A DNA stretch of 64,000 nt from Laetmonice hystrix (lineage: Eukaryota). The stretch is taken from contig OZ249446.1 of the NCBI GenBank assembly GCA_965235115.1, positions 15,996,001 through 16,060,000 on the forward strand. The letters run 5' to 3'. The position numbers were made by a program, and so were the translations under genes. Below, in pieces: positions 35,201-48,500 of the stretch; within the stretch, counting starts at the first letter, position 1, and each line of letters opens with the position of its first letter. The notes under the pieces are model-generated. The model searched no databases. It had not been told where the DNA came from and saw only the letters and a list, made by a program, of their open reading frames with translations.

Positions 35201-38200
35201 GAGATTTCATTGACCTACTCTGGCAGCTATAGATCTATAAGACGGGTTAGTAAAGTGAAATGACCCCGTAGTTTTGTTATAATCACGGTTTACGAGAGGG
35301 GAGAATGGGTGTCTCCAGAGAATTCCTTGAGATAAGGTCATCCTTATGATAAAACCCCCTGCTATTGTCATACGTGATACTTGACAGAAAACGTATGGAA
35401 ACAGATGCCCGCTTAATTAATCGTTCTCATGACCAAGCTCTGCTGTCCAATACTCGCTGAGGTTTTTGTTCATAATTCTACGGGAAGGAAGTCCCAGAGG
35501 CCCTTTATCTGTGACGGTTTACTGGTGAATGGGAACACCTAACTAAGACATGGAGATTGTAGTGAAGCCGACGAGGAGTGTACGTATCGATCTGCCAGCG
35601 GTCGGATGGCAGACATTATTCTGGTACCATAGCCTCTGTCTGTGTCTACCTGATGCAATCAACCGGCCGAGCCTGACGCCCTATCCTCAATATTTGGTGC
35701 CTAGCCCGAGGCAACCTTTCTTTGTTCCGCCAACAATTCACACTTGTTGCGCACACGCGTATTTCCATCTGCTCTGGAGCTGGTGAGCCTGGAGATGAAC
35801 GTGAGAGATCAACTTCTATCGGACCAGGCACGGTCACAATGGGACCACTGATGAGTTTTCAGTTTTCAATGGCGGAGGTTAATAATTTGTCCCCGCATCA
35901 TGTAGAAAAAGGGATTTCAAGCTTAAGGCTTATGAGAATTTTCCCGGTGGTCAAAGTTTATTTGGCACGGCACGGCAGATGCTTTCAAGTGGTACATTTC
36001 TATAGAAAATAAAAGATGGAGATCTGGTCGTGCAATGCGATGTATATACTTCATTGGTGCTGCACCTTGATGCGACTCGTTGGTTTATTCGTGCTTCTCA
36101 TTTATTGCAAATCGAAATGAAGGCGTTTGGTGTTGAGGAACTTCATTGCCCCTATGGCTACAGAAGATGCCAGCAGGGACGGCGAGCAGAAATAAGTGAT
36201 AGAATCATTTTAACAATACCCTGCCGGTCATTAATCTGCAAGGATATTGTTACATGTTGTATGTGGGGTGTATTTTTGATAGTTCCTTTGTTTGCCTGGC
36301 TGTTTTATGTAGGTTTTATGCATGTACTGAAGTTGGCCGTCACAAACTCTGTCCATTGGAGTTGGAGTGATATTTTTTTACACATATCCCTTCACATCGT
36401 ACTTCTCTCAATACAATAAGTAAACGATGCCGTAACACCATGCGTTTTCACTTTCTTACACGTTTGATTACTTAATGTGTCGAATTCACATACCTTGAAG
36501 TTCGACTCCCACGACTACTCCTCAAGCGCTCTTTCAGGCCGACCTTAAAGAGTTTCAAGCTCAACTAGCCTTGCCAGTTGCAAAAGACGGAGGTGTCAAG
36601 TACATCTTAATCATGCTCGTTATTATGCACGAGTTGAACGGTGTATACCACTCTACATGGAAAGATCAATACTAATTCTTGCTGCTTCTCTGCGGCTTCT
36701 GATCACAATTATGAAGCGTGCAACTTAGAGTATAAAGACGAAAGGCAAACCGTGCCTGAAGATGCCTATAAACACAAACTTTGATCTCGACTCACGCAAT
36801 ACACCGATAAGCGTAATGACTATTCTTATTATGCTTATCTCATTTTCCATTTTATATCAAGTGTGTAATTGTTGCCCGACATGCCTTTGAAAGGAACATT
36901 ATCTGTCACTATCAGATTATTAGCGGCATTACACGGTTTCTGTCTGAACAGTGTCTTTTACCGCCTGCTCTGCGTGAAGCAAAGTTACACCTTTCACGTT
37001 TTTGTAGTAGGTTTTAGCTTCCCCATCCTCAGTGATCCTAATGACAACCGACGCCGGCTCGTATATTTTTCATGCAAGTATTAAAGCTGTGTGGTTCCTC
37101 CATCCTTAGAGTTCCTCCGACCTAATGACTATTTATTAGTCGCTTGGCTATCAAGTAAGAGACATTTTCTGTTCGTAAGGACGTTGCTTCAGATATAGCT
37201 GTGAGGGGGAATGGAGAAATGAGGTCTGAAGTCTTTATGAGAATTTGTTATCTCAGATGGTGCTCGAAAAGATCAACCAAGAAAAAATACTATACCTCGA
37301 AATACGATTTAGGATTTATCATAAATATTATCAAAATGATACACCTTCAAAAAAAGTATCGTATACGCATATACTTTCCTGATTTTTTTTTCGAGTTAGA
37401 CAAAAAGATAAATTCAATGTTTAGTGCTGCAGCAAACACCACAAAAGGGCTCTAAATTTCGAGTAACCCACACCGGCTTATTAATAAAGGTTGACATATA
37501 TCATTTTGTTGGCCTGGTTGTCAGGGTTACGGAAATGCATGATGCCAAGCTGGCCACTTATTACAAACAGCAGGGTCAAAGGTCAAAGGTCAAAGTTCAT
37601 CAATCTATTGATGCACCCCCAAAAAAGACATCTTTCACTCTGTTTCCGTAAGTATAATAGCTAGGCCTACCATCTTTTGAGACACATGATTTGGTGGTCT
37701 TATGCAGTCCCGAGGGGTGTTGTTGATAAAAGTCACATCCTACGACCCGTCATCATTCAGCGGTAGCATGAGGTTGATTCATAACGTGTATGGGATTGCT
37801 CATACGACATAAGATATATTTGGCCAATTCCTATACTTATTGGTTTTGGTCCTATCGAAGTAGCTTCACCATGGGGTGTGGTTGGTGTAAAAGTTCCATC
37901 TGTTGGCACGATCGGGTATTTGAATGTTTCAGTGACCTTCATACGATATGCTGATGCTGCATGTATGATGTACATCAAGACGCCACGGATGTTCTTCACC
38001 GTGAGAAATGGAATGTTGTCACGCGAAGTCCATTCACACCGCATATGGCTATATCTCTCCTAACATGTGATCACATAATGCGTGAGAGGCTTAACACAGA
38101 TTTTTGTGTGATTGGTGGTCAATTGGTAATATGGAATTGAACTGTATTTGAGTATCCTAAAAACTCCAGCGTGTGAGATTAGTATACCAAGTTGAAGCCA

Positions 38201-41200
38201 CATTACGAGAGAGGCCACAAAACACTCGTACAATTCAGTGGTACACACAACTGTGCCATCCGTCAACAGATGCTTCTCTTCTTTTTTTGGAGTCGATTAA
38301 TTTCTCTTGGCGATTATCGCGTAGAGGGTGGATAATCAGACGCAGCTTGAAAGCGAAAGCCTCGTAGTGTTTTTCATTATAGAAATTACAAGCGGGGTCC
38401 CTTTTCTCTATTAGCCTCCCGGAAACACTCGGAAAAAGTAAACCTGTGCGAAGAAACATCCATTGAAAAAAATAACAATTGGGACTTAATGTTTTACACA
38501 TTTTCTGACGTGTGCTTTCATTGCAGAACCTTTTCCCATCCAGCACTTTATAGAGCCTCGTCTTAACTTCCACATGCATTATGGAGGCGGGCGTGTCCCA
38601 AAGGGTATATCCCATTACTAGAAACTAAGTACGTGCTAATCGTCAGGGTAGCAACGTAGAGTCCCCATAATTACATTGTGGGCTTAACACAAGCTTGATA
38701 TGCAAAAGGCGGCCATCATTGAGTATCTCGTCAGTTAGGGCCTGGGATAATATTCAGGACTTTGGTCTCCCTGACGACGTGGAGAGTAGGGGGTGGGGGT
38801 GTTCACACCCTTGGATGAGGAACTCTGATTTTGTGAATGTAAATCAAGTAATAAACAAAGCTCTACGATAATGATTTCAACAACGTTCAAATGATAATCT
38901 TCACGGGTTATTCCCTAAGGTAAAATCCTCGGAAAATGGGGGGGGGGGGGCTAGAAATTAGGGCAAGGGCGGGGATAATGATAGAGACAAGTTTCGTATT
39001 TTCTTCGTATTTGGCGGGGTTCTGGTGGGAGTGGCGTTCTAGTGAGGGCTAGGTTTATTACTAGGAAGAATGAGAGTTTTGTACCTCTTGCTATGAGATT
39101 CTATGTTGCCACTGGGTGGGATGGGGGTGGGGTGGGGTCGGGAGGGGGGTTCTCCCTCTTGACGCCCACGGTGGGCCAGACTTGTCACGATATTGTCATC
39201 AAGTTTGTAGTGTCTGCGTCAGACAGCTCGTAAATCAAACTCACACGTTACCCACACTCAATCACCACCATGTCTCGTTCACTCTGCTACCACCTATTGC
39301 TAGCCCGATGTCTGCCTGCATACGTCCATGTTGGGAACACGTAATCACCCCCAAGGGGACCCAGGGTAGAATAGGTCCCCAGCACCCTGTTGCCGTTTGT
39401 AAGGGGCCACCAAATCGCGTAGGGAGGTCTCAGTAGCGTGCAGGCGAGGGCAGTGGAAGGCGAACTGTTTGTTAGTTCCGTCAAATCTGCCTTTTGTAAC
39501 CACGTTTTCTGATCTCGCCCAGTGCTCCATAATAGGGTTATCAAAGGCATTGTCTGGCCAGAGGGGAATACAAAGGGCCTTTAGTCATTTATCGCAAGGA
39601 GCAGAGTACGTATACCATATGGTAGGTTCTCGTCAGAGCATGTAGCCCTAGCTAACATAATTAGATCGATACCTACTTACTTATACAATCGGCCTGGTTC
39701 ATCAAAGGTCTATGCTACCTCCAATAATAAGCCGGCCTTCCCGCCCGCTATGAGTCATACTGCCACTCCATCGATATTTCCGAGTCTAATTTACACCACT
39801 ATAAGCTTGTAACATAGGGGGTTCGTTGCCGTTTCCACCCATCTCGCCGATGTCATAACTCGCCAGTCAGATCTGATGTCACAACTGTGATATTAGATAC
39901 ACTCAAGCCGGTTAGAGATCGTTAGAAAGTATCTAATACAATTTAACGATGATCACCTGCGGAGTGAAGTCAATCCAATTTACCAGTGAATGATGCAGTG
40001 AACGATCGATTTCTTGTTATTTTACCATCTCGTACAGCCGTTATCCTTTGTGAAATGTGCGCACGTTGTCTGTGAGGGAATGACTCGTCTATTTATTTAC
40101 TTCAGTAATGATCACCTGGCTTGCCATTCTAGAACGTCTTTAGAAGGAATTCCTGGCCATTCAAAGAGCGTCAAGAAGGGAAACCAGAACAATTTTCGCG
40201 GCAGGCATCGCTTTGTTCGCTGCACATTCTCTGACGATCACGCAAATTGATATCCCCATCATATCCATGATTGAAATCGACGCCACCACGTCTATTTGTC
40301 TGTATCCATTTTGAAACAACGATCAAAATATTTCCTCTTCAACATTATTTTCAGATGGTGACACAAAATGTTGTGAGTGTAATTTAAAGATAAAACTCAC
40401 ACAAACTGTAGAAACGGAAGCACATTGAGCAGCTCCCCCTACCGACGGTTAGTAAACTAGTTACTGCACTTAAGATTGGCGTTGTCGACATAATACAGTA
40501 TTTCAATAAAACTGGAAAACGGTAGGAGCGATAACTTGAAGAGCATTTAGCACTATACGATCAGCGAGGTAGGTACAGTAATAGACGGTATTTGGAAACT
40601 CTCAGGGCCTCTTGCCAAGTAGAAACATGTATTCTAGATGTTATACTTATCCCTAAAAGGTGGACTAGAAGGTACAGCCATCTAAGATATGAAAAAAGAT
40701 GGTGACAAACTTGAAACACAAGAAGCCATTTGTCATGTGCTATTGGCCTATGATCTGCTGTGTATCACCTAAATGAACAGAGGTGCGTTACACAATTTGT
40801 CGTTAGGTTGAGGTTGACGTTAAGACCAATGTATTTTTCAATGGGGATTTTAACGAACGACAGATTAACGATGATTGTGAAAAACACCCCTGATTATGTG
40901 GACGGGATGGGGAGGTGGGGGCATTACAGTGTCCTTACTGGGGGAACGCCCTCTAAATACGCTACGCCAGGGGCATATTATGGTCGATAACTTTGGGAAT
41001 AACAATGAAAACACGTAATTTTATTGCGGAGCCTTCTTTCACATTCTATGGGATGTGCAGACTAACCATTTATAATAACTTTTAAAGCTGTAATAAAGAT
41101 AAAGCTCGTCCTGACCAATTAATGTTTGGACATTTACCTAAATAGCCGCTTTCATTCATCCTAATGGATTTAATCTCAAGGTTCCCGTTACCTCAGCTAA

Positions 41201-42250
41201 TGTAGGCGCCAGAACGTATAATATGATACGGACCACTAACTATATTTCCCACAATTCTTCATAGCCGTTAAAGTTATTCATTATAATTAAAAACTGCTAA
41301 ATAAATGACTGACGTAACGGTCATTGGGCCGACAAATGATGGCTGGATAGTGAACAGCTCTCCTGAGATGATGGTCCGGATAAAGACAAGTATTTCATTA
41401 CAGAATGGCGATTAAAAATATTACAACATATTAATAGAAACTGGGAGGTTTGGTGACAGTTATTGGTGGAGTGTCCTCCTCTCGAGTCTTATTCTCTGCA
41501 TAGGGGATGAATATTCATTGGCTATTGACAGAAGAATATACTGCTGTCGATTTCAAGTAGTATTTTCAAAAGAGAGAATGCAAAACTGGCAGGCCCGAGT
41601 CATGAGAGGGCATACCGCATTTACTCAAGTTATTTTTCTGAGAAATTAAGTCCCTAATTTGAATGCTACTACATGGGCGGCGATACGCTTTGACAGGTAA
41701 TGGAGTGGTTTCTGTCCCGATGTTGTTATGAGTGTAGATGAGAGGCCATTGCCAGGTTAGATTAAGGATCCGAATTTCTGGGTGATAAACAACCGCCACA
41801 AACGACATTGGACTAATTAAGGACTGATATGCAAATGAATACGTAACATAACGCCTGGTGGCCGCATATATTATAATATACGTCTAATCATGTGTCAGGA
41901 ATTCTCAATCACATGAGGGATGTGATAATGCACAGGATGAAAGCTCCTGAATTAATACATCTGCGATAGAAAATAGAAACATATGTCGAAGCTTCCTCTG
42001 AACTACAAACTGTGGATAATGGAAAATGGACATGCAACCCACCTCTTTCAATAGTACTCATCATTGCCAGCATCCCAAGCTAAATAATCAATATGGTTAT
42101 AGTTCTGCTATCAAACGATGTACCATATACCCACAGGAATCCCCTTTAGTTCATCAGTCATCCGTAGATTTTATGTAAACATACCAATGATTTTATGTAA
42201 GGCACAGCCGAAGCCTATAGATAACGTGCCGTGATAGCGTAATAACTCAC

Positions 42251-42535
42251 CTTTAACACACTCATAGCTGGTTTCGAGGTAGTTCTTGAATTCCTGGTTA
42301 CAAGGCCGTCTGTTACCGAAGGTTGGGTCAATGACAGGCACGCTACACGTCCTACGGCCCGAGCAGTATTTGTCGAGCAGTTTGAGGACGTTGGTGTAAC
42401 AACCAAGGAAGCCAAAGTCCGTCTTCACACACCGACCAATCCTCATACGGCCGTAGCGGGCAATGTTCATCATGATCACCTCGTCCGGTCCACAGGAAGC
42501 TTCGAACGTCTCATACTGGCAGTACTCCTGCAGCT
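42251..42535 (-). CDS. Lectin-CUB-sushi receptor, exon encoding SUEL/rhamnose-binding (Gal_Lectin)-like domain (phase 1-1)
   Basis: ccatgcAG|agctg ... AAAG|GTgagt; ELQEYCQYETFEASCGPDEVIMMNIARYGRMRIGRCVKTDFGFLGCYTNVLKLLDKYCSGRRTCSVPV...PCNQEFKNYLETSYECVK shows the eight-Cys SUEL-type pattern with A-x-YGR and YL-x-x-x-Y-x-C motifs. Confidence 0.88.
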
Positions 42536-42682
42536 CTGCATGGTGGGTGAACAAAGAGAGGTTGGTCAGGTTACACTTCTCTGATATATCTATACAATTA
42601 TATCACCCGCCTGCTTTCTTATCGGCGCTGGTACCCTGAGTCAAACCTACAGAATTAAAAACATACCATATTCTCTATAATA

Positions 42683-42765
42683 CCCGTGTGGGATCTGAAC
42701 CACACCCTCACCTCATAATTATGACCCAAAGCAGTTTTTTTATCTCTCCTCAGCTGTTGGGAAAA
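42683..42765 (-). mobile_element. Degenerate tRNA-derived SINE head
   Basis: Minus strand has B-box-like GGTTCAGATCCCACACGGG preceded by a decayed A-box region; no cloverleaf. Confidence 0.3.
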
Positions 42766-44425
42766 GTCCATCCAAAGGTATTTGGAGAGAGACACTATAT
42801 GTCTTTATAGCCATACCCACTCCATCACCTTCAGTAGAAATCACGTTGATACGCCCCTATAATACACATGGAACGTGTCTTTCATCTGTATGTATACCTA
42901 CACTTTGATATGTATACGATGGGACCACACGAAACCGCAATCTTGCAGTAAAGTACACGTTATATATTAGTGGTAGATACCACTTCAGCAAGTTCAGGAG
43001 AATTATGCGGATTCAACAATATTATCACTTCCAGGCCGCCAGACAGAGAAAGCCGATCTGGTCAGATCAAGACATATTCCGACCCCCTACAGGCATGTTA
43101 ATCCTAGAGTGCTGGATGGTTTCTCCGCACTTGAACTTGCCAGTCGCACTCAACATCCTGATGGCCATTGGCGATGTTACGTTATATCTAAGATCTATGA
43201 TGTGTTATCTGTAATGATCCGATCGTTAGATATGTCCCGTATCAATGACATTAGAAATATTTTATAAACAAAGGGGCAAAATATGAGGAAAATATCTATT
43301 CAAAACACCCCATAGACAACACGCAGCGCAGTCGTTTCAAGAAAGGCCACATTGTGTATAACAACGAACCCTTTTTATCGACACGAGCGTAATCTCCACA
43401 AAGAGCGTTGCAGTATTGTCCCTGTATTGTAAAGCATAGCTTTGTTTCTTTCTTGCCAATGTTTATCTCTTTGTTCTCTCTCAGTCAGATAAACGTGTGC
43501 AGATATTTAGCTCTCCGTGATCACTTTCTTGTCACTTCTTATAATGCTAGTATAGCAAACTTCTTGAAGTCTTGTAGACACGCCTAAGTAATTCTAACCA
43601 TCTGGGGTTTTTAGATGACAACTTGTGTAATGGTAGGACCGAAGCGTTGCATGTTTTCCATGTGGATGTCTCTAACGAGAATATTTACATTTCTTGTGAT
43701 TTTGTGGGTCGGTTAGCAAATCAGAATAATTATTTCCATGCATTTTTCTATGAGAATTCAAGCCAGCGGAAGCTCATGTAACGGCCTAAATAAGAAAACC
43801 TGATGACAACCATGACCAAAAATTATTATTATTAGTTGCATGGCCGTCCCAGCAGCAAGCAGCATCCGTAACGTGTCCCCTGTCGTTACTCTGGTTACGA
43901 CACGAGACAGGTCAGGTGACCGCCGGCCAGATACGACAAGTAAATCCGTCTCTGGTCAGGTCCTCAGTCCTTCCTAATTATCGGCAAACGTCCTCTAACA
44001 GGATTGGTAAGTGGAGAATCCTATTGAAACCAGTCTGGGTGTATTCTGACTGAGATAGAGTTACACCACTATCTCATCACACTTGTCACAGTAGTTCACC
44101 TGCCATAACCAGGTATGATATTAAAAGATGAGGCCACTTGATGTCGTTGAGATCCTTGACAACTTTGACGGAACTATAATTATAACCTTGGCATGAGCTG
44201 TGCAGGGGCCTCAAGGGGATCCATGTCTAATACTTGTTGTAATGACACCAATATATATCACTGGGTCATAATTATATAAACGATTAAGTTTGTATATGAC
44301 CCAACGGGGTCCATATGTAATACGTGTTGTTAATGACACTGGGTCATATATAAACGATTCAGTCGTGTTGTGGTATAAGACAAGTAAGAAATATACCACC
44401 TAATAGAGAAATAAGCTAACACTGC

Positions 44426-44830
44426 GTGAATTGGGGGTTTTACGTCCCCATAGCATTATTTCAGCCATATTCAGAGCGATATTAAACAATGGGATTTAGT
44501 CAAGGGACCTTTTAAAAGTATCCGCAAGTCCAAGGGGAGTGATGACCAGGATGAAGTTATAAAGAAACCTGCCACTGGGAGGCAAGCCCCGACTCTTTTC
44601 AAAAAATGGCATGGTAAGTCGCACCCATACGGCTGGACATGCCAAAGCCGTTGATGACCCAGTACTGTCCGTAGTACTCTAGTCATATTCAGGGCGACAA
44701 TACCAGTACTCCGATGACGATGAAGTGAGAAATAAAGTTGTCACCGGGAGGCAATCTCCTACTCTTTAAAAAAAGGCAAGGGTTCTTTTATTTGCTCAAA
44801 CACGGGTGGACATAGTATACCAAAGCATTT
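44426..44830. mobile_element. Interspersed-repeat-like segment with an internal duplicated module
   Basis: Two diverged copies of GATGAAGT...GTCACYGGGAGGCAA.C.CC.ACTCTTT..AAAAA.GGCA.GG (about 44550-44613 and 44720-44782); 5' GGGGGTTTTACGTC...CAGCCATATT resembles SINE-like repeats of lophotrochozoans (recollection, unverified). Confidence 0.35.
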
Positions 44831-45326
44831 TATCGCCCAGTTGCGGAGCACTGGGGAAGGTCAGTGATAGGTATACTACTGAAAGAGTCCAGACCCATCT
44901 GTACATATATCCCTTGCCGAATTCCTCGCTTCTTCCGAGTAACAAGGGTCATAGGGTAAGCAAGTAATATTATGGAAGAATTGTCTTAGTTTCATCGGTT
45001 TTGCAAAGAGTGGTTTCGATAATATTCTCTACGAGAACCCACTGCCCTACCACATACATTGAGCGTGTCTCTACAGTAATTCCTTATTGTCGAGGTGCTG
45101 TTTTATAAAACACAACCTTGAAGCCAAGACCTAAATTGATGCTTGGTAATTGGAGTCTACACTTATCAAATGTGTCTGATTTTACAACAACCGATCTGCA
45201 ACAAGTATACTTGGCAGACTAAGTGCTTTGAACCCCGTACTTTCATATATCGGGTTGGGGACCTTACTGTGGTTCATCTTTGAATAATTCTAATGAATGA
45301 TTCTAATGAAGCGGAACAGATGGTTC

Positions 45327-45564
45327 CTACTGTTGCGGTACTCCATGTGTGAGCCTACATCGTATAAACGATGTATGAAGGCTGTGCCATTGTATACAGG
45401 AGGTCCTAGTTAATGGTAACTATGTCCCCACTATCTCCGATTGATCTACTGTTGCGGTACTCCATGTGTGAGCCTACATCGTATAAACGATGTATGAAGG
45501 CTGTGCCATTGTATACAGGAGGTCCTAGTTAATGGTAACTATGTCCCCATTATCTCCGATTGAT
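45327..45564. repeat. 119-bp tandem duplication (2 nearly identical copies)
   Basis: CTACTGTTGCGGTACTCC...TATCTCCGATTGAT at 45327-45445 and 45446-45564; one visible mismatch (CCCCAC vs CCCCAT). Confidence 0.92.
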
Positions 45565-48500
45565 CGAGATTTGCGTAAGGGGCTAGAAAAACTTGGACCT
45601 GAACGTGACTTGGCATGCGTGTACAGCTATCAATCTATGGTGAAGCCATCATGTGACAGATAAACACCTGAATGGTTTTAAAGGTGCACACCTTGAAGCT
45701 GTAACCAGATTATCCAAGTCGGCACCGTGTGCTGATACTAAACCCGTCTTGATCAACGGGTCACTTGATTGAGATGTCGACATCAATAAGGGTTCAATGT
45801 GCTTTCAACCAGAATCAGCCGCCGTCCCCGCTGATTACATACAGGCTACAGTTTCTGAGCTCCCAATTGTAATTTAGGCTGGCCCACATTTGGATACTCC
45901 AAGCTTAATATAACTTCACAGTAGTAAGTGAGGTTAATGAGATAGTTGGTGCCAGCTTTACAGGCAGGTTAAGTGTACGGCAGCAAGGCCAGCATACGTA
46001 TACTTGCACGTAGCCCCATCTCCCGACTATGAATCATTATTCGTATTGTCAAGAGGGCGCTGCAGTCACAGGCGGCTGGCGCGGTCAATTGGGCAGGGGA
46101 TATCTAGAGTTCCTGTTCGTCCCAACCCCACACACGGAAATAGATCGAATGAGCACCAAATACTATATTCCTCTAGTGCCTATAAGATATTTCTCATTAT
46201 GCTGGCGGTGAATTGGCTGGTCGAGTAAAGCTCCTGTGTCCACGTGAGGGTCATGGTCTAGAGGGCGGGCAAGGCATTGAGATAATCTTTCCTTTTACGT
46301 TGAACGGGAGGTACCGCCCAGGATCCCCGAGACCATCAATCGCCTGTCGTGGAACAGTCTGAGCTCTGAGCTCTCTCCTGGCAGGTCGTGTGCCACTCAT
46401 GTACTGCGCCCTGCTTTTACGATATCATCCCCGGCCATGAGAGAGATTATGTTCAATTTACACAAAACACTTGCTGCTGGTCGCTTGACATGTATTAATA
46501 CTGGCTATACTGTGTAATGGTTGCAGTGTTATCAGGCTTTGGATGAGATTGGCGTAAATTTGTATACGGATGGATTGCAGTACTTTTGGCCAATAAGACG
46601 TGATACCATTTGAATCATCAAGGGGACTGAACGTATATTATGAGTGCATACCGATAGTATAAGCGAGAACGCAGACCGGCTATACATGACCTCATATAGA
46701 AGGCCACGTTCAAGACAGAATATCGTGGACCCTTAACGGCCATAATAGACAAAGTCAAAAAGGCAGTGTGTGTCTGTGATCGGATCATAGCCCTGGCGCG
46801 AAGAACAAACTCTAAACCCTGGCACAGACACTGGCTTCAGCTGTACGCGGGACAGAGCAAGAGGTGTTAGTTACAGAACATCTTACTTTACAGTTCCGGT
46901 CAATGGGATTCCTCAGACCACCGGCTTAGAACTGCTATGATAACGTATTCACTGGCCTTCAGCTGATGGGATACAATGACTGCTTTGGAGTAAACGGTCC
47001 ATACTAAGGCGGGGGGAAGGGTCGGATATCGGTATCCAAGACACGTTGCAAATGGACAACTCTCAGTGAGGGCATTGAGAGGCGTATCTGGGCACCCGTC
47101 AGCTGTTTAGAAAAAAACGCCCCAAACCGAATAGCGATGTGGGTCAATATAGAGAAAGATAGATGGATGTCAGTTGTGGAAGTGGATTAAGTCTCCACTG
47201 GACAATCAGGGAGGTTAAAGGGTACGGCTCTATAACAAGTGCTGTTTGAGTTAGATAGGAACAGGGTCGGCATTGGTCACTAAACGGCGGCCAGCGCCTG
47301 CAGCCTGTCGGCACTGTTAGCCGGGTCATACGGGAGGCCGCGCCGTTATCACTGCCACACCTTCCAGCGACAATGATGCCGGCGTTTTATTCATCTAAGT
47401 AAAGGTCGATAAAGGAGGCGTAATCCAATATACTTATAACGCTACGCTGCCTGTTCCCCTTTTCAATTAGGGAATACCAATAACAGGTTAGCTCCCAGGG
47501 GGGCCAGGTGAACGGATCGTTGGCATTCTAGGGGTACCTATCTGTTCTATTAGTTGACTCGGTGGCTACGTTTCACGCCTATAAGAATCTGCCATGCTTC
47601 GTTGGCGAGGCTGACGTGAACGGATTATTAACCAATCTAGCGCATGAAAACCCATCGTTAAAGCCGAAATACTTGATCATCAAACCAACTACGTCTTTAA
47701 AGGGATCTCGGAAAGTCTGGAGTCCCCCGGACGGCTTGGGGAGGGAGGGGGCGTGTGACAGGAAGGTCCCCAGTGTGACCGAGCAGGAGGTGACTGGGAG
47801 GCCGCACATGAACGTCTGTGACGGGAGGCGGGGCGCCTGACTGCCGCCGACTTCTCTCGACACGAACCGCAGGCACGCCGCTCTGTCATGTTTAGAGTTC
47901 TTCTTAAAGGGACGAAGGTTTGAGGCTTTATTGACACGTATAGGCCTACTGACGCAAAGCCTGATGAATTCACCCCCAAAACTGCACCTATCGTCAATGC
48001 TTTCGTGTCTAGGCTCACGTTACTGTGCTTTCGGAGTGAAAGGACCGATCGACTATTGAGATCTTTATTCCATCACAGGCAGAAACCGCATGGGCAGGAT
48101 GAATGGATGCCATCACGCCCAGCCCGCTTTGTACGAAACTAACTTCGCGTTGTGGAGTCGGACCTGGCACATCGTAACGTAATACCTGGCAGCCATGGCC
48201 GCTGGACGGCGCCACATGTCCTCCAAACCTGGCCCCGTATTAACGAACCGCCGATTCGGATGGAGAAGACGCTATCACTAAACCCATGAAAGAGGCTCTT
48301 CGAAACGGGATCTGTGCCAGGAGAGTAGTACTGCCGGCCTAGCTGAAGACTTCCCGAGGGCTTGCAGGTAACGGGCAGGTAATGAAGCCAGATAATCAGA
48401 CTTTCTCATTGTTTGGTGGAGAACCTCCGGAACTATCCGCACCTGTTGTGTGTGTGTATAGGAAGGGAATCATCTTTACAAGTGGACCCTTTGGACGACA

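Noticed and set aside
43790-44200. Candidate signal-peptide exons for the receptor (MLLAAGTAMQLIIIIFG near 43866; ...KWPHLLISYLVMA with CAG|GTGAAC donor at 44100)
   Set aside because: The first has only weak phase-1 donors (GTCATG, GTTGTC); the second has no in-frame ATG or good acceptor. Cannot choose without cDNA.
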